A DNA stretch of 60,409 bases from positions 1 through 60,409 of the IMG/VR virus record IMGVR_UViG_3300012929_000019. The stretch is one strand, 5' to 3'. The stretch is from a virus. Its lineage: Duplodnaviria; Caudoviricetes. Below are positions 26,531 through 36,100 of this stretch, piece after piece (position 1 is the first letter of the stretch; every line of letters starts with the position of its first letter). The notes under the pieces are model-generated. The model had not been told where the DNA came from. It ran no database searches and was given only the letters and a program-made list of their open reading frames with translations. Both the position numbers and the translations under genes were made by a program.

Positions 26531-29500
26531 TTACGCCGTGACGTTGCAGAATTGAACGGGGATGTAATTATCGACCAAATTGCCATTCGATCCTGCGCCC
26601 GAGATTTCAGAGAGCGCGATGGAGGCAGGGAGCACGGTGGAGGTCGCCGAATAAATACCTTGCCCAGGAACATACTGCATAGAGTTGCTCGGCACCTGCC
26701 CAATCAGACCTTGAAGCTGAGGGCCCGGCCCCAACGGCACAACCACGTTCGAGATCGAAGCACCATTGGCGTTGGCAAATGTCGTATTAGACATCACCCC
26801 CACAAAGAGATCGATGCCTCCCGTAAAAAATACGTTCATGGGCGCGGAGAACCGTCGAATGCCTGAGATCGACGCATTGGAATTGCCCGAGGAGTTGGCC
26901 CATGCATAGCTCTGCGATCCACTCGAGGCGAGTGACAGGGTCGACACGTTGAGCGTGTAGAGCCCGACATACAGGGAAAGCGTCTGCGCCTCGGTGGACA
27001 ACGACAGGTTTGACAACGAGATCGAGGCCATCATATCGACGCGCGATGCCGTGAACCCGGGGAACGCCGCAACCACGGGATACACCTGCACCGCACCCAC
27101 CCCGTATTGCGTCAAGGTCGTATTCATCACGGGGGACGGGGCTTGGAAGAATTGTGGCTGATTCAAATTCGTGGTACCGGGGCCCGAGATAATCAGCGTG
27201 CCCGCCGACCATCCTGCCGTGATCATGCCCGCTGCCGAAATATTCAACGATGATTCTGCGTAGGTCGAGGAGCTCGATTGCCCTGTCGTGTTTCCTTGCA
27301 CGTAGATCGTACCCGCGGTACCCGCGGTACCCGCATTACCCACGAGGCTAATCGTCATCGAGCCCGCATTGGTAGAGCCCGACAACGTGATATTGTTACC
27401 GCCTATAAGTACAAGCTGATTCGACGCAAGGCCCGTATTACCTGCCGTGTTTCCCCCCGTCGAGAAACCCGCCGATAACAACGTGACACCGGTCGTATTG
27501 GGCGCAGAGATATAGATCGAACCGCCCGAGTTGCCCACCGAGACGATGCCGCCGCCGATCAATGACAGGGTACGCGCGTCATAGGTCGCGGAAGTCGCGC
27601 CCGTCGTGTTGGTACCCGCGGCATACACCCCAATCGTCTGCACGCTCTGCGCCCCGCCTTGCGCTGAGATCATCAAAGAGCCATTCGTCACGCCCACGGA
27701 CACCGCGCCCGCGCCCACGACCGACAGGGCCGAGGCCGCGATCACGCCCGAGGAACTCTGCGTCGTGTTGCTGATCGCATACGCGTTCAAACTCACGTTG
27801 TCAGAGATGATGACCGCGCCGCCCGAATTTCCTACATAAATGTTCCCCACGCCGCTCAATGACAACGTGCGGGCGTCATAGGTCGAGGACGATGTGCCCG
27901 TGGTGTTGCCTCGCGCATAGGCGCCCAACGTCTGCACACTCTGCGTGACGTAGGAGGCAGAGGCCGTGATGGTGCCCGCATTGAGGCCGAAGGAGACATT
28001 GTTAGCATTCGAGAGCGTCACCGCGCTGTAGCCCGCAGCTTGCGTGCCCGCCGACACGTTCACGATGACTGCTCCCGTGATCGTCCCCGCGCTAAGGCCA
28101 AAAGAGACGTTGTTGGTATTCGCGAACGTGAGGGCAGATACATTCGAGGCTTGCGTGCCCGCGCTCACATTGATCGCGCTCAGGAGCCCCGCGGTCGAGG
28201 GCACGGTGTAGGAGCCCACCACCGAGCTGTTCGTGAGATAAAGCGTCAATCCGTTCGAGTTGCCCAGGGTCAAGGTCGAGTAGGCGAACGACGTATTGGA
28301 ATCCGACACCGCGACAGGTTGCACGGTTTGCGTCGGCACCGTGTAAGAGGCAACGATAGAGCCATTCGACGAGTAGAAGGACGCACCGTTCAAATTCCCG
28401 AGCTTCAACGTCGAGAAAGCAAACGAGCCATTAGAGCCCGACACCGCCACGGGCTGCGTGCTCTGCGAAGGAACGGTATAAGAACCTACCACTGAGCTAT
28501 TGGTGAGATACAACGTCAGCCCATTAGAATTGCCCAGGGTGAGCGTCGAGAACGCAAATGAGGTGTTGGAATCAGAGATCGCAACGGGCTGCACGGTCTG
28601 CGTCGGCACGGTGTAGGACGCGGTAAGGACGGAGGAATTCGACAGCCCAAACGAGATGCCGTTAGAGTTCGCAAAGGACAACGTGCCGGTTGTCTGCGTC
28701 TGCGTGCCCGCGATAATCGCCGCCATGCCCGCCGCAGGCCCCGGGTTCACGGTCGCCGTGACGACACCCGCGGTGTTCATGCCAAACGTGACACCGTTCG
28801 AGTTTGAGAACACTACCGTGCCCGAGCTAGCAAAATTCGTCCCCGCAGAAATTGCAACGCCCGTCGATCCCGTGCCTCCGCCCACCGCACCCGACAGGAC
28901 GAGCGAGCCGTTAGAGAATCCTACCGACAAACCTCCTGCTCCCTGCACCGACATCGAGCGCGCATCGAACGTGCCCGAGGAGCCTTGCGTCGTATTTCCT
29001 ATCGCATATGCACCCTCAGTCTGAACCGATTGCGCGAGGACGGAGCCCGTCAGTGTTCCATTGCTCAGGCCAAAGGAAATGTTGTTGGAGTTCGAGAAGG
29101 TGAGCGCTGTAGCATTCGATGACTGCACGCCCGCTGATACCTTTAGCGCACTCAACAACCCTGCGGTCACGGGAACAGTGTAAGAGCCCGTGATCGTACC
29201 CGCATTCACGCCAAACGCGAGGCCGTTTGAATTGGAAAATGAAACGTAGGAGACAATCACACCCCCTGCCGAATCACTGACCCCTATACCGCTGAGTAGC
29301 CCTGCGGTCGAGGGCACGGTATACGATCCTGTAAGGGTAGAGCCCGCGACCCCGAACGACATCCCATGAGCGTTCGAGAACAGTACGCCCGTAAGGGTCG
29401 CGCCTCCATTGCTCCCGCTCACTCCCATCCCAGAAATGAGCCCTGCGGTCACGGGAACGGTGTAAGAGCCCGTGAGCGTCGAGCCATTGAGCCCAAAGGC

Positions 29501-30058
29501 GAGCCCGTTCGAGTTTGACAGAACGATGGAGGATAGATTAGCGGCTGCATTCGAGACCGAGAAATTGACACCCGTCTGATAGGAGGCGGAAGCCGTGACG
29601 TTGCCCAACACATCCATGCCAAACGTCACATTGTTCGCATTACCAAAAGCCGCCGTGCCCGTCGTCGTGACATTGGTTCCCGCCGCAATCGCCACGCCCG
29701 CCGCTCCGCCGCCCGTCGCGGAGATGACGATGTTGCTGCCCACAATGCCTGCGGAAATGATGCCCGCACCTGACACACCCATCGAACGCGCGTCGAAAGT
29801 GCTCGCACTATTGATCGTCGTATTACCGAGTGCCGTGACACCCAAGGTTTGATTTGATTGCGAAACGGAGGCCGTAATGTGCCCATCGAGCGTCGGGCCA
29901 AAAGAAACGTTATTGGCGTTTGAAAATGCTCCTATGACCTCGGTCCCCTGCACACTGAGCGACACCGAATGCGACGAGTTCCAATGAGAGGGTCGTATCT
30001 CATAGGACGTATTATCAGGGGTCGTTGCAGAAAGTACATGTAGGACAGTGCCGGGCAT
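26531..30058 (-). CDS. Giant Ser/Thr/Gly/Asn repeat (fibre-like) protein, 1175 aa
   Basis: More than 20 modules such as FSNSNG(L/V/I)xFG...GSYTVP and GNTT....T(F/Y)DAR; very few charged residues. Confidence 0.75.
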   Translation of the reverse strand: MPGTVLHVLSATTPDNTSYEIRPSHWNSSHSVSLSVQGTEVIGAFSNANNVSFGPTLDGHITASVSQSNQTLGVTALGNTTINSASTFDARSMGVSGAGIISAGIVGSNIVISATGGGAAGVAIAAGTNVTTTGTAAFGNANNVTFGMDVLGNVTASASYQTGVNFSVSNAAANLSSIVLSNSNGLAFGLNGSTLTGSYTVPVTAGLISGMGVSGSNGGATLTGVLFSNAHGMSFGVAGSTLTGSYTVPSTAGLLSGIGVSDSAGGVIVSYVSFSNSNGLAFGVNAGTITGSYTVPVTAGLLSALKVSAGVQSSNATALTFSNSNNISFGLSNGTLTGSVLAQSVQTEGAYAIGNTTQGSSGTFDARSMSVQGAGGLSVGFSNGSLVLSGAVGGGTGSTGVAISAGTNFASSGTVVFSNSNGVTFGMNTAGVVTATVNPGPAAGMAAIIAGTQTQTTGTLSFANSNGISFGLSNSSVLTASYTVPTQTVQPVAISDSNTSFAFSTLTLGNSNGLTLYLTNSSVVGSYTVPSQSTQPVAVSGSNGSFAFSTLKLGNLNGASFYSSNGSIVASYTVPTQTVQPVAVSDSNTSFAYSTLTLGNSNGLTLYLTNSSVVGSYTVPSTAGLLSAINVSAGTQASNVSALTFANTNNVSFGLSAGTITGAVIVNVSAGTQAAGYSAVTLSNANNVSFGLNAGTITASASYVTQSVQTLGAYARGNTTGTSSSTYDARTLSLSGVGNIYVGNSGGAVIISDNVSLNAYAISNTTQSSSGVIAASALSVVGAGAVSVGVTNGSLMISAQGGAQSVQTIGVYAAGTNTTGATSATYDARTLSLIGGGIVSVGNSGGSIYISAPNTTGVTLLSAGFSTGGNTAGNTGLASNQLVLIGGNNITLSGSTNAGSMTISLVGNAGTAGTAGTIYVQGNTTGQSSSSTYAESSLNISAAGMITAGWSAGTLIISGPGTTNLNQPQFFQAPSPVMNTTLTQYGVGAVQVYPVVAAFPGFTASRVDMMASISLSNLSLSTEAQTLSLYVGLYTLNVSTLSLASSGSQSYAWANSSGNSNASISGIRRFSAPMNVFFTGGIDLFVGVMSNTTFANANGASISNVVVPLGPGPQLQGLIGQVPSNSMQYVPGQGIYSATSTVLPASIALSEISGAGSNGNLVDNYIPVQFCNVTA

Positions 30059-30140
30059 TTGCGCTTTACTCTAATAAAAATGGGGCTTGACGCTTACTCT
30101 ATTATTGTACGGTATCCTAATAAATGGCTCTACGCCTCCC

Positions 30141-30569
30141 TCACGGACAGGTGCAAGCTCCCGTAGGCGCAACGGTCGGGGTGAGAACAGGAGTCCAACA
30201 AGTAGGCGACGGCGCTCGAACCCAAGTCGTTGTCTGCGTCCAAGAGCCCGCATACCCCGTAGGGCATTGAATGGTCGCGGTCGTCGTCACTGGTTGCGCA
30301 GGACAAACGAGGACACAGGAGCCTGCAGGCGCGGAGGTGGGTGACACGACCGCGGTCCAGCACTGCGGATACGGCGCCTGCACCCAGGTCGTGTATTGCG
30401 ACCACGAGCCCATGTACCCCGAAGGGCATTGCACGATGGTGACAGAGTTTGCGGGCGCGGGTCCGCATTTATGCCGATGACCGATCGCGCTCGAGGCGAT
30501 AGGCGCGCTCGCCTGGCCCACCGCATTGAGCGTGACGATCATCAGGAGTCCGAACCATAATGATCTCAT
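30141..30569 (-). CDS. Exported Cys-rich protein with two tandem repeats
   Basis: Probable start MRSLWFGLL (signal peptide); two copies of QCP.GY.GSW.Q.TTWV.AP.P.CWT.V..PT.AP.G.C. Confidence 0.65.
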   Translation of the reverse strand: MRSLWFGLLMIVTLNAVGQASAPIASSAIGHRHKCGPAPANSVTIVQCPSGYMGSWSQYTTWVQAPYPQCWTAVVSPTSAPAGSCVLVCPAQPVTTTATIQCPTGYAGSWTQTTTWVRAPSPTCWTPVLTPTVAPTGACTCP

Positions 30570-30570
30570 G

Positions 30571-31689
30571 TCAATATCCCATCTGAGGTTGGCCCAACAA
30601 AAAATCACTCCAGCGATGCTGCGCTAGCGCCACATATTTTTTGAGCGCCGTGCGCCCCTCCTCGACCGCATGCAAGGGATTATGGAGCAAGCCCATCGCG
30701 ACCCGCATGATCGAGGAGGGATCCTCCGCCGCCGCCCACCATGCGGTAGGCGTCCATTCAAGCGATGAGGTCGTGACTGACGGCACGCCCTCCGCGATCC
30801 CGTCCGCGGTACACACGTTGAACGTCTCATCGAACGAGGGCTGAATGAGCAAATGCATGTTAGCCGTGATATCGCGGAACTGCGGCCAAGAAGCCCAGGG
30901 CACCTCGACAATTTGGGCGTGAGGGAGGTTCGCATACAACTCAGCACGCGACTCGATCATTCGCTCACCCCCATCGGGCCGCTTCGAGTTCACATAGAGC
31001 TCCACGTTATAGCCCATCGCTTTACCGATCATCACCGCGGCCTCTGCCGCACAGAGCTGATTCTTCCATGGACGTGAGGCGCCAAAAGAACCTAGGCGCA
31101 AGGTGTTGCCGATCTTCTGCGGTGTGAAAGGCTGCACAAAAGAAGTCGTGTCGTAGAGATTGGGCAGCAACAACGCCTCAACCCCGAAAGACCCTGAGAT
31201 AAATTTTGCTACCCGCTCATTGTTCGCCGCCACCCGAATGTTGTGCATCATCTCCTGATAGCCCGCGACCTCCCGAATATTCTTGATCCCATTCTTATCG
31301 ATCGACAAATATGCACAGCCCGAGTGATTGAGTTGCACGAACGTAATATCGGGATATGCGATCGCGAGGTGATAGAAATTGATCGGCAAAATCCAAGAGG
31401 GCGCAGACACAATGACATGCGTGATAGGACGACCGCCCACGCGCTCTGCCGCTTGGAGCTTTGCCCATAGCATTTTGACTTCACCGCCCTTGCCTGCGGA
31501 CGAATCAAGAGACCAGGTCTCAGTCTGCACGCCTGCGCGGCGCAGGACCTTCAACGTGTTGGTCGCAGTGACTCCAAGGCCGATATGGCAAACGCCCTGG
31601 ATCGCAGCAAAATTCTTGATCGCTAAGATAACGCGAGCAGACACCAATGAGGGCGCGACATCATGCGGAGGTTTTATTTTTTTCGGCAC
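30571..31689 (-). CDS. GT-B fold (GT4-like) glycosyltransferase
   Basis: FGASRPWKN and LLIQPSFDETFNVCTADGIAEGVPSV nucleotide-sugar binding signature. Confidence 0.8.
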   Translation of the reverse strand: MPKKIKPPHDVAPSLVSARVILAIKNFAAIQGVCHIGLGVTATNTLKVLRRAGVQTETWSLDSSAGKGGEVKMLWAKLQAAERVGGRPITHVIVSAPSWILPINFYHLAIAYPDITFVQLNHSGCAYLSIDKNGIKNIREVAGYQEMMHNIRVAANNERVAKFISGSFGVEALLLPNLYDTTSFVQPFTPQKIGNTLRLGSFGASRPWKNQLCAAEAAVMIGKAMGYNVELYVNSKRPDGGERMIESRAELYANLPHAQIVEVPWASWPQFRDITANMHLLIQPSFDETFNVCTADGIAEGVPSVTTSSLEWTPTAWWAAAEDPSSIMRVAMGLLHNPLHAVEEGRTALKKYVALAQHRWSDFLLGQPQMGY

Positions 31690-31697
31690 GTCGTCAC

Positions 31698-32054
31698 TTA
31701 CCCATTCCCATTCTTACCATTCACCTTCACGGGATCATCGATCGTCGCCTTCAATTGATAGGAACGGCTCGTAGGCAATAAATCGGTGAGTGAATTAACT
31801 CCATAGCCGACCCCAATGGCTGAGGTGATATTCAATTGGTCGAAGGACATCAGCACCACGAAGGCCAGAACGTTGCCCACGATCGTGCTCAATGTTTCAG
31901 GCCAATGGCACAGATAAAGCCTATAAGACATGGGCTTACCCGTCTGATTGACCACCGCAAGTTGCTTCAGGCCATTCGACACAGACGCGAGCATCATGAG
32001 CAGGAACAATGACAAAGGAGAAGAGAGCAGCGCCTTCAAGGCGCTCATCGTCAC
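31698..32054 (-). CDS. Small membrane protein, holin-like
   Basis: 118 aa with about 3 hydrophobic helices and a charged C-terminus. Confidence 0.45.
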   Translation of the reverse strand: MTMSALKALLSSPLSLFLLMMLASVSNGLKQLAVVNQTGKPMSYRLYLCHWPETLSTIVGNVLAFVVLMSFDQLNITSAIGVGYGVNSLTDLLPTSRSYQLKATIDDPVKVNGKNGNG

Positions 32055-32368
32055 GCGTGCCCCACATGCTCAGCATCCCAAGCGAGGATCGCTTGCGCCT
32101 CTTCACGCGATACGAAAGAGTAGGAGATCGCATCGATCTTGCCATGGGTTAAGAGCACACGATTACCGATCTTGGCATGATAGTCTTGCATATCGGTCAC
32201 TGAAATCGTCGTCACTCCTTCGCGCTTCAGCTTCCATAACAACAGCGTAAACATCTTCTCCCAATGCTCGCGTACTTGCTCGAGGATCAGCGTATCGGCG
32301 CTCACTTCTACATCGCGTCCTTTCATATCTCTTTCCACGTCCGTCCTCGCCTGATCTTCGACACGCAC
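32051..32368 (-). CDS. Hypothetical protein
   Basis: 105-aa ORF overlapping its neighbours by a few nt. Confidence 0.5.
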   Translation of the reverse strand: MRVEDQARTDVERDMKGRDVEVSADTLILEQVREHWEKMFTLLLWKLKREGVTTISVTDMQDYHAKIGNRVLLTHGKIDAISYSFVSREEAQAILAWDAEHVGHA

Positions 32369-32586
32369 TGTTGCGTCACCCCTAACCTTGCTGCGAGCAC
32401 CGCAGCCAATTCCACTCCGTACTTGATCTCCTTCACCTGTTCCAACGTCAACCGCACATTGCCCCGCGTCCCTGCTATCCGTCGTCGCACATGAGTCCTA
32501 GATGATCCGAGCCGTGAATACAAAGGTCCACGGAGCAGATCATCTAGGCCAATGCCTAAGGGCTTCTCATCATCACGCGGTTCCAT
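32323..32586 (-). CDS. Small HTH protein (resembles the C-terminal DNA-binding tail of HNH endonucleases)
   Basis: LTLEQVKEIK.....AAVLAARLGVTQQCVSKIRRGRTWKEI. Confidence 0.6.
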   Translation of the reverse strand: MEPRDDEKPLGIGLDDLLRGPLYSRLGSSRTHVRRRIAGTRGNVRLTLEQVKEIKYGVELAAVLAARLGVTQQCVSKIRRGRTWKEI

Positions 32587-33295
32587 TTCCTGGCGTCACT
32601 CCTGTCGCCGGAGGTATTGCCTTGCTTGTCACCGCATCAATCTGCGCCTGCACCTCTTGCGCTAAAAACGCATTCTGTGCCGCATCCATCGCACAGCTCG
32701 CAATGATCGTATCCGATGAATAACGTGCGGTAGCAGCGTATGCACTTCGAGTTCCCATCGCATTCGATGTCGTGCTCAACGTCTTACCCTGCTTAAAACC
32801 CATCGTCGAACCCACCGCCCACGCATCCTGATTCGCGCCCAAATAAATGAAGTCCCAGGAAAATTCATTCTGTTGCGTCGTGAGCATGGTCTTGATCTTC
32901 TCGCCCGTGTACTCACGCGAGTGATTTTCATAACCATCGGTGATCACGACAAACAACACCTTACCCGGGCGCTCGTGCTCAGGCAACGATTGAAATCGTG
33001 CGCCCGCCGCCGTGATGGTACGGCCCATCGCATCGAGCAACGCGGTCATACCTCGCGGCACATAAGTCGCATTATTGAGCTTCGGGTGTGCGATCACGTC
33101 ACGGCGTTCCCCCGGCTCATACTGATCGTCGAACTGCACCACCTGCAACGTGCAACGCTGATGTGATTCGCGCGCGGTCTTCTGTTGCGCCTCGAGGAAC
33201 GTATTGAAGCCCCCGATCGTGTCAGCCACCAAGCCCGCCATCGAACCCGACTTATCAATGATCGCTGTAATATCTGTGTGATTTGCATTCGTCAT
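32573..33295 (-). CDS. von Willebrand factor A domain protein
   Basis: IIDKSGSM MIDAS, PRGMTALLDAMG, VVITDGYENHSRE, FIYLGANQDA. Confidence 0.9.
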   Translation of the reverse strand: MTNANHTDITAIIDKSGSMAGLVADTIGGFNTFLEAQQKTARESHQRCTLQVVQFDDQYEPGERRDVIAHPKLNNATYVPRGMTALLDAMGRTITAAGARFQSLPEHERPGKVLFVVITDGYENHSREYTGEKIKTMLTTQQNEFSWDFIYLGANQDAWAVGSTMGFKQGKTLSTTSNAMGTRSAYAATARYSSDTIIASCAMDAAQNAFLAQEVQAQIDAVTSKAIPPATGVTPGNGTA

Positions 33296-33471
33296 TTAGT
33301 TCTCCTCAAATTTCAATTCCAAAAATAAATTCTTACCCACGAGCTTCGCCAGATGCTGTATCGCCTCATCCATCGTCCGTTGCGCTACCGATCGATATAG
33401 CCACGCCGCATCTTTTTCGCGCTGTGTCTCCACATACCATCCATCACCCGCAACGTAGCGCAATCGCATGT

Positions 33472-33843
33472 TCATTGCACCGTCGCTCCCCCGGTCACGA
33501 CGTTCGCTACATCCTGCCGGTACCTCGCGTACTGCTCCTCCGTCATGTATGCTTTCGCAAACTCCGTCACATCAAACCCGCGCGCCATCAGCTCCTCGCC
33601 GATCGCCATCGAGCAGATGATCAGCTCACCCAAGACGCAGGATTTTACCCAGGGGACATAAGAGGCGCGCAAGGTCGTGCATTGATCGCACGTGCAATGT
33701 CCCGCGCAAAACTTCTGAGCATTCTCACAAGTCCATTGCATGTGGCCGCCCATTCCTTGCCGCGCGGCGTCGTGCTCGACCGCAAACGGACGCGAGATGG
33801 CCCGCCAATGATTTCTCTCCATAGCGTGCGATGTACAACGCAC
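33472..33843 (-). CDS. Hypothetical protein (start uncertain)
   Basis: Co-oriented ORF with Cys cluster CAGHCTCDQC. Confidence 0.4.
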   Translation of the reverse strand: MRCTSHAMERNHWRAISRPFAVEHDAARQGMGGHMQWTCENAQKFCAGHCTCDQCTTLRASYVPWVKSCVLGELIICSMAIGEELMARGFDVTEFAKAYMTEEQYARYRQDVANVVTGGATVQ

Positions 33844-34024
33844 GAGCCTGTTTGTCTTCAGGGAAATGCCTGAGTTGTCGCCCTAGAGTGCGGCGCTTTG
33901 ATTCCAACGTGAACATGGGGCGCGCGGCGTAATACGCCTTACGACGCGCAGAGCGCAACGCACGAAAGCCAGAATGCTTCGGGACTGCTACCGCCTTCTT
34001 TTGCTCGAGATCGCGGACTCTCAC
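33725..34024 (-). CDS. Basic hypothetical protein
   Basis: 99 aa, overlaps the terS stop. Confidence 0.45.
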   Translation of the reverse strand: MRVRDLEQKKAVAVPKHSGFRALRSARRKAYYAARPMFTLESKRRTLGRQLRHFPEDKQARALYIARYGEKSLAGHLASVCGRARRRAARNGRPHAMDL

Positions 34025-34611
34025 GTCACACCGCCCTCGGGATCCACGGGGTCAGACTCTATCGGCTTTGCCACTACGGTGCCTTTCTCAACCAGATGCT
34101 CCAACATCTGTAGCTCTTCCTCGGTATAACGCGACATATCAAGCGCGGTCGCGTTCATGCGCATCGCACCGCCACCAGGACCTGAGATCTCTTGCCGATT
34201 CACATACAACCCCTTCAACTTATCACCGCGCGTCTCATACCCCAGCACCACATCAGCTGCTCGCGGAGTCTTGGTCGCTCGCTCCACCCAATGGGAGAGC
34301 AAAAATTCGTTTCGCTCAATCGCGTGTTGCCGCCACTTCTCTGCCGTTATCTGATACTGCGCCTGCCGCGCCTCCGTCTCATCATTAATCAATTTCCATA
34401 CGTATGGCTGTGAAACTCCGAGCGCCGTCGCGATGTCTTTCTGAGCAACGTATTGCATGCTCATCTTGTACGCGATCTCTCGCATCTCCATCGTTGTCCG
34501 TTGACGCACTGAATGCTTTGTCGTCGGTGAACCTGATTTACGTGTACGCTTTGCTACAACGCCATTCACCACCACCCTTCCAGATGCTATCCGTTTGTTA
34601 TAACCAGCCAT
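34021..34611 (-). CDS. terS: Terminase small subunit (HTH)
   Basis: HTH QKDIATALGVSQPYV, helical middle, ...KLKGL....QEISGPGGG....DMSRYTEEEL C-terminus typical of TerS. Confidence 0.7.
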   Translation of the reverse strand: MAGYNKRIASGRVVVNGVVAKRTRKSGSPTTKHSVRQRTTMEMREIAYKMSMQYVAQKDIATALGVSQPYVWKLINDETEARQAQYQITAEKWRQHAIERNEFLLSHWVERATKTPRAADVVLGYETRGDKLKGLYVNRQEISGPGGGAMRMNATALDMSRYTEEELQMLEHLVEKGTVVAKPIESDPVDPEGGVT

Positions 34612-34879
34612 GGGAATAGTTCATCATCACCAATAGTAATCACTTGACAAATTAAGCGCATCTGAGTTAAGTCGCCGCTCGACATTTTCCCACATAAATG
34701 CGTGTTCTGTCATACGAGCATGACGTGGCGCATAATGCGGATATTCACCGCCCATCAATCTCACGATCTCCCGTTTGAGCCACTTACATTTTACCTGGTG
34801 CGCGCGCTTGATCAAACGTGACCGCTTGACCTTCATCGCGGGCTCCATATACGCCCCAAAATAACGTGATGATGTCATC

Positions 34880-35548
34880 CTAGGCACACGCTGCTGACGC
34901 TGAACACGTTTCTGGCGCAAGAGCCAGTCGATCGAACTCAGCGGTGAGACGGTAGTTATATTGAAACGCCGCGGTGGCGGCCTGCGCGATGAGCCGTGCG
35001 GAACCCAGCACGTGGAGATAAATCGGGATGGCGCGCCTGACAAATGGGATCACCTCCTGCTGCAATCGCGACAATGAAAACGTGTCAATAAGGGGAAACA
35101 CGATCTCATCAGCGCGCTTGAGCGCCTCGCGCAACAGCGGCCGGCCTGGCGTGAACTTTGGCGACACCGTCACCCACACGTTGGGCAATGGCGGCACCTC
35201 ACGCGTACCGCTGGTCTCGAGCTGCACCACGTAGCGGCACGTGGTAAGCGCTTGGACGAGCTCAGTCACGTCGTGCATGAGTGGCTCACCGCCCGTGATC
35301 ACGACATTGCGTTGCCTGAACTTAGCGCAACCTCCCACGATCTCCGCTGCCTCGGCCTGGCTCCATCTGTCAACCTTGCGCTTCCACGCCGGGTTTGGCT
35401 CGGTGTGAAGTTGCCAGGTCTCAGGCACGTTGCACCACGGGCACCTCACGTCACAGCCCTGGAGCTGAATGAAAATCGACGGCGTTCCCGCAAATCGTCC
35501 CACCGGTTGGATCGCCGGGTGAATGTCATTGACGGGCAACGTGGTCAC
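34880..35548 (-). CDS. QueE/NrdG-like radical SAM protein, degenerate
   Basis: GCDVRCPWC (CxxxCxxC), VVITGGEPL, LETSGT, VTVSPK; QueE substrate motifs altered. Confidence 0.75.
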   Translation of the reverse strand: MTTLPVNDIHPAIQPVGRFAGTPSIFIQLQGCDVRCPWCNVPETWQLHTEPNPAWKRKVDRWSQAEAAEIVGGCAKFRQRNVVITGGEPLMHDVTELVQALTTCRYVVQLETSGTREVPPLPNVWVTVSPKFTPGRPLLREALKRADEIVFPLIDTFSLSRLQQEVIPFVRRAIPIYLHVLGSARLIAQAATAAFQYNYRLTAEFDRLALAPETCSASAACA

Positions 35549-35814
35549 GTGGGTGGTGCCGCCCTGATGTGATCAACGCCAATCGCCGCGCCAAAAATAA
35601 ATTTCTCCCGTCCACGAATATTTCGCGAGCATACTCCGATCGCGAGCCCATGCCACCCTTTTTCGCGTGATATGAAAAAAATAACCGTGGTACACACATA
35701 AGCTATTCAAAGCTAAGAAGAAAACATGAATTTTGCGCATGAACGGGTGGGACGTGCACGCCATTTGGCAGCAACGAAACCCTATAAAAAGGCCTAAAAC
35801 GCACGATATAGACA

Positions 35815-36100
35815 CCTTTCTTTAATAGTATTTACCAATATTAGTAGATAAAGAGGTATAGGGATTTAAAGAGAGGCCTTGTATGTAAATATACCATATA
35901 AAGGTTTAGCCCCCTTTGGCAATAAAGTTCGATAAAAACATTTTTAGAATTTATCAAAACACCTTATCTCTCTAACTATTAATGCCTCTTTATATTTTTG
36001 TGTACATCATTTTTAACCTAGCCTATGATGCGTCGCCCTTCATGCTATTGATGCATATCATGTTGATTATTCATTTACTTTTCAAAGAGGTTTATCAACG
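35815..36100. promoter_or_regulatory. AT-rich divergence region (divergent promoters and/or replication origin)
   Basis: Strand switch; very AT-rich; inverted repeats ATAAAGAGG (35848-35856) / CCTCTTTAT (35985-35993) and TTAATAGT / ACTATTAA. Confidence 0.55.

Noticed and set aside
28200-28620. Near-identical repeats suggesting a DGR template/variable pair
   Set aside because: Both copies are in-frame modules of one CDS, differences are not adenine-specific, and no reverse transcriptase is in the window
33283-33873. 196-aa plus-strand ORF in the late arm
   Set aside because: Opposite to a chain of coupled minus-strand small ORFs; no motifs
34880-35548. 7-deazaguanine DNA modification system
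   Set aside because: Only a degenerate QueE-like gene is present; no folE, queD, queC or dpdA seen in the window
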